A stretch of 64,000 bases of DNA, taken from contig NC_086108.1 of the NCBI RefSeq assembly GCF_963921235.1, positions 91,824,001 through 91,888,000 on the forward strand, given 5' to 3'. Shown here one piece after another: positions 61,310 to 64,000 of this stretch. Every line of letters begins with the position of its first letter. Within the stretch, counting starts at the first letter, position 1. Made by a program: the position numbers and the translations under genes. Source of the DNA: Mobula hypostoma (lineage: Eukaryota). Below the pieces are notes generated by a model. It did not search any database. It was not told where the DNA came from and saw only the letters and a program-made list of their open reading frames with translations.

Positions 61310-62115
61310 TAAGGTTTTGCGCCTCAAATAGCTCTGACAACCAAGCCCAGCTCCTGGGCTTCACATGAATCTTAGCTACTAAGCCCAGCGGAACCGTTCC
61401 TATTGACAGGAGAAGGGGCACTGGCACCTTAAAACCAGTTGTTTCGGGCAGATGGGGCTCGTCAGCCGTGGTTGGCAGCTCATCTAGGAGAATGAAAACT
61501 TTGATCTCAAACTTCCGCTGTATTGTGGCTATATCCACTCACGGGGAAGGCATCGGGTGTAAACCCTGAGAGAAAAATCCGGAACTGGATCCTAAGGCAG
61601 TCCTACATTGAGTTCAACACTGACTGGCAATGCCCACAATGCTGCTGGTACCAAACCGTATCAGTCTCTGCCATTCCTTTGGGTGCTTCAGATGCATGGA
61701 GGGAGGGAGCTTGCTACATGGAAAACACCTTGCTCTCCATATTGTACTGCCTAGGCTTGCATACCAGCGGTGCATGGCCAAGTGGTTAGGGTGTTGGGCT
61801 AGCGATCTGAAGGTCGTGGGGTCGAGCCTCGGCCGAGGCAGCTTTTGTGTTCTTGAGCAAGGCACTTAACCACACAATGCTCCAGTCTACCCAGCTGAGT
61901 ACCAGCAAAAATGCTGGGGGTTAACCTCGCGATAGACTGGGGTCCTCTCCGGGGGGGGGGGGGGCAGAGTCTCGTACTCTCAGTCACTTTCATGCTATGG
62001 AAACCGGCATAAGCACCAGCCTGATGGGCCACAAGGCTTGTGACAGACTTTAATCTATAAAAAAAATGCTTGCATACCTAGGCAGCTAAGACATAATATC
62101 CAAGGTCAACTCTGA
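61310..62115 (+). mobile_element. RTE-like 5'-region element interrupted by a SINE
   Basis: Motif CAGCTCATCTAGGAGAATGAAAACTTTGATCTCAAAC resembles RTE 5' UTRs as I recall them; no ORF. Confidence 0.35.
61766..62067 (+). mobile_element. tRNA-derived SINE (same head and core as 28140-28376, different tail)
   Basis: TGGCCAAGTGG, GGTCGAGCC, CTTGAGCAAGGCACTTAAC, A tail; 11-bp TSD GCTTGCATACC. Confidence 0.85.
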
Positions 62116-62219
62116 CCCACAGAGGCCCTCACTCACTGTGAGAACATTCCGATATTCCACCAAAAACACCCTGAGCTGTCTATAGACACAAAGCCCAGGT
62201 TTAATGTAAGGAATAGGAT

Positions 62220-63030
62220 ATTTCAATTTAATGTCAGAGAAATGTATACAATATACATGCTGAAATTCTTTTTCCATCGCAAACATCCATGAAAACAGTG
62301 GAATGAATAACAGTTGAAGTTGGAACCCCAAAGCCCTCTCCAGCTCCTCCCTCCCATGCACAAGCAGCAGCAAGGCACGAACCCCTCCCACCAGCAAAAA
62401 GCATCAGCGCCCTCCACCGAGCACTCAAGTGTGCAGCCAGCATCAATAAAGGAACAGACTTGCAGTATCACAATGACTCCTTGTTCACCTGGTAATTTCA
62501 CATATCATAGGCTCTCTCTTTCCCTAATAAGGAAAAAAGAGGTGTCCCCATTTCACAGCAAAAGGGGAGACATAACAAACAACTTGATGATTTACCATGT
62601 TAAACATCTGTTGCATCCCTTTTTCCAAGCTCTGTGCCCAGAGAGATGGCCCCAGAAAGGCGCAGATCTCTGGACACACAACCCACGGCAGCTAACCCAC
62701 GACCCCCAATGCTGCATGTTCTCCCACGATGCCTCAGTCAGGGGCACCGGCCTAGAATCAGCACATCTCCAGAGCCATGAAAATCCAGAACCCTGAAGGT
62801 GCACTAGTCTTCCATGCTGTGTCCCTGGGATATCAAAAAGTGGCTGGTCATGAGGCTCTGACAGCAGGTCCCATTCCTGCAAAGAATCGCAGTCAGGGTG
62901 TAACTCAAGGTCAGGGTCCTCAAAAGAACCCTGAAAAGGAAAAAAAAAAAGAAGTATCAAAGATAGAAATAGAGCTGTTTCCGAAGATGCAAACAAAGGA
63001 GTCGCTGTTTAGTGCCATCTTGACTTTGTT
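62220..63030 (-). mobile_element. Non-autonomous LINE-derived element
   Basis: 5' GTCAAGATGGC; 3' TGTATACATTTCTCTGACATTAAA, like 43914-44352. Confidence 0.55.
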
Positions 63031-63384
63031 CCGCCCTCCGATTAGTATTTAGTAGGAATCTGAGTAAAAATTATTTTCATCCAGCAGGTGGTGGAATTTG
63101 GAATGAACTGCCACAATGGTTGGTGAAGGCAAATGCTCTCACAACGTTACAAGGTATCTAGATGAGCATTTGAGTCATCATGGGATTAGAAGTCAATGGG
63201 CCAAGTGCTGATAAATAAGATTAACATGGCTAAATACCTGATATTTGACATAACACAAAGAGTCAAAGGACCTACATCTATGCTGAATGAATCTATGATC
63301 TACAGTAAAATATCTCATCAATAAACAATTTGTTCATTTGATCAATGAGAGAGTGAGACATGCATAGGTACAATACAGCAAATG

Positions 63385-64000
63385 GATCAGAATCAGATTT
63401 AGGTTTAATATCACTGGCATATGTTGTGAAATTTGTTGTTTTATGGCAGTAGTACAATGAAATACATAATAATATAAAAAGGAGAGAGAGAGAGAGAGAG
63501 ACAGAAGAGATTAAATTAAATTGGTACTGCAGAAAAAGAGCAACAAAATAGAAAAATAAAGAGGTAAGGCGCAGTACGTGGGCTCATTGTCTATCGTCTA
63601 AACTTGATGACGGAGGGGAAGAAACTGTTTCTGAATCATTGAGTGTGTGTCTACAGGCTCTTGTACCTCCTCCCTAATGGTAGCAATGAGAAGAGGGCAT
63701 GCCCTGGGTGATGGGGGTCTTTAATAATGGATGCTGCCTTTTTGGCTTGTCCTCCATCCTGGGAAGGCTGGTGCCCATGATGGAGCTGGCTGAGTTCACA
63801 ACTTTCTACAACTTTTCCTGATCTGTACAGTGGCCCCTCCATAACAGATGGTGATGCAACCAGTTAGAATGCTCTGCATGGCCCATCTGTAGAAATCTGT
63901 AAGAGTCATTGATGACATACCAAATCTTCTCCAACTCATAGTGAAATATGTGTGCCTTCTTTGCAATTGCATCAATATGTTGAGCCCAGGATATATCTTC
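63385..64000 (-). mobile_element. Rex1/Babar 3' fragment
   Basis: KKAASIIKDPHHPGHALFSLLPLGRRYKSL; (TCTGAT)-type tail. Confidence 0.8.

Noticed and set aside
62223..63052. ORFs of 70-160 aa on both strands
   Set aside because: No recognisable domain; they lie within a probable non-autonomous repeat.
1..64000. CRISPR arrays, operons or other prokaryotic systems
   Set aside because: No regularly spaced repeats; the content is vertebrate interspersed repeats.

Overview
Repeat-dense vertebrate DNA with no intact multi-exon gene I can name. The repeat mix (CR1, Rex1/Babar, RTE, V-SINE and other tRNA-SINEs, Penelope, Gypsy, Tc1/hAT MITEs) suggests a cartilaginous fish, probably a ray; this is inference. 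Main contents: (1) A decayed two-LTR Gypsy element (9394-17805, minus) with a tRNA-Leu PBS. A CR1 LINE sits inside it, and a Penelope element with inverted pseudo-LTRs and a 15-bp TSD sits inside that. (2) A near full-length CR1 LINE (22466-26757, minus) inside a Tc1-type element. (3) A second, Mag-like Gypsy element (about 27745-30330, minus) whose RT/RNaseH/integrase core is replaced by about 730 nt of intronless RBM25 coding sequence, an apparent LTR-mediated host-gene capture. (4) More than a dozen short Penelope-derived elements, many with a minimal hammerhead-ribozyme motif, often as head-to-head inverted repeats with 12-15 bp TSDs. (5) A solo LTR in a triple nest. (6) A chain of minus-strand exon-like segments that may be a decayed host gene. 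All calls are by eye and boundaries are approximate unless a TSD is quoted.
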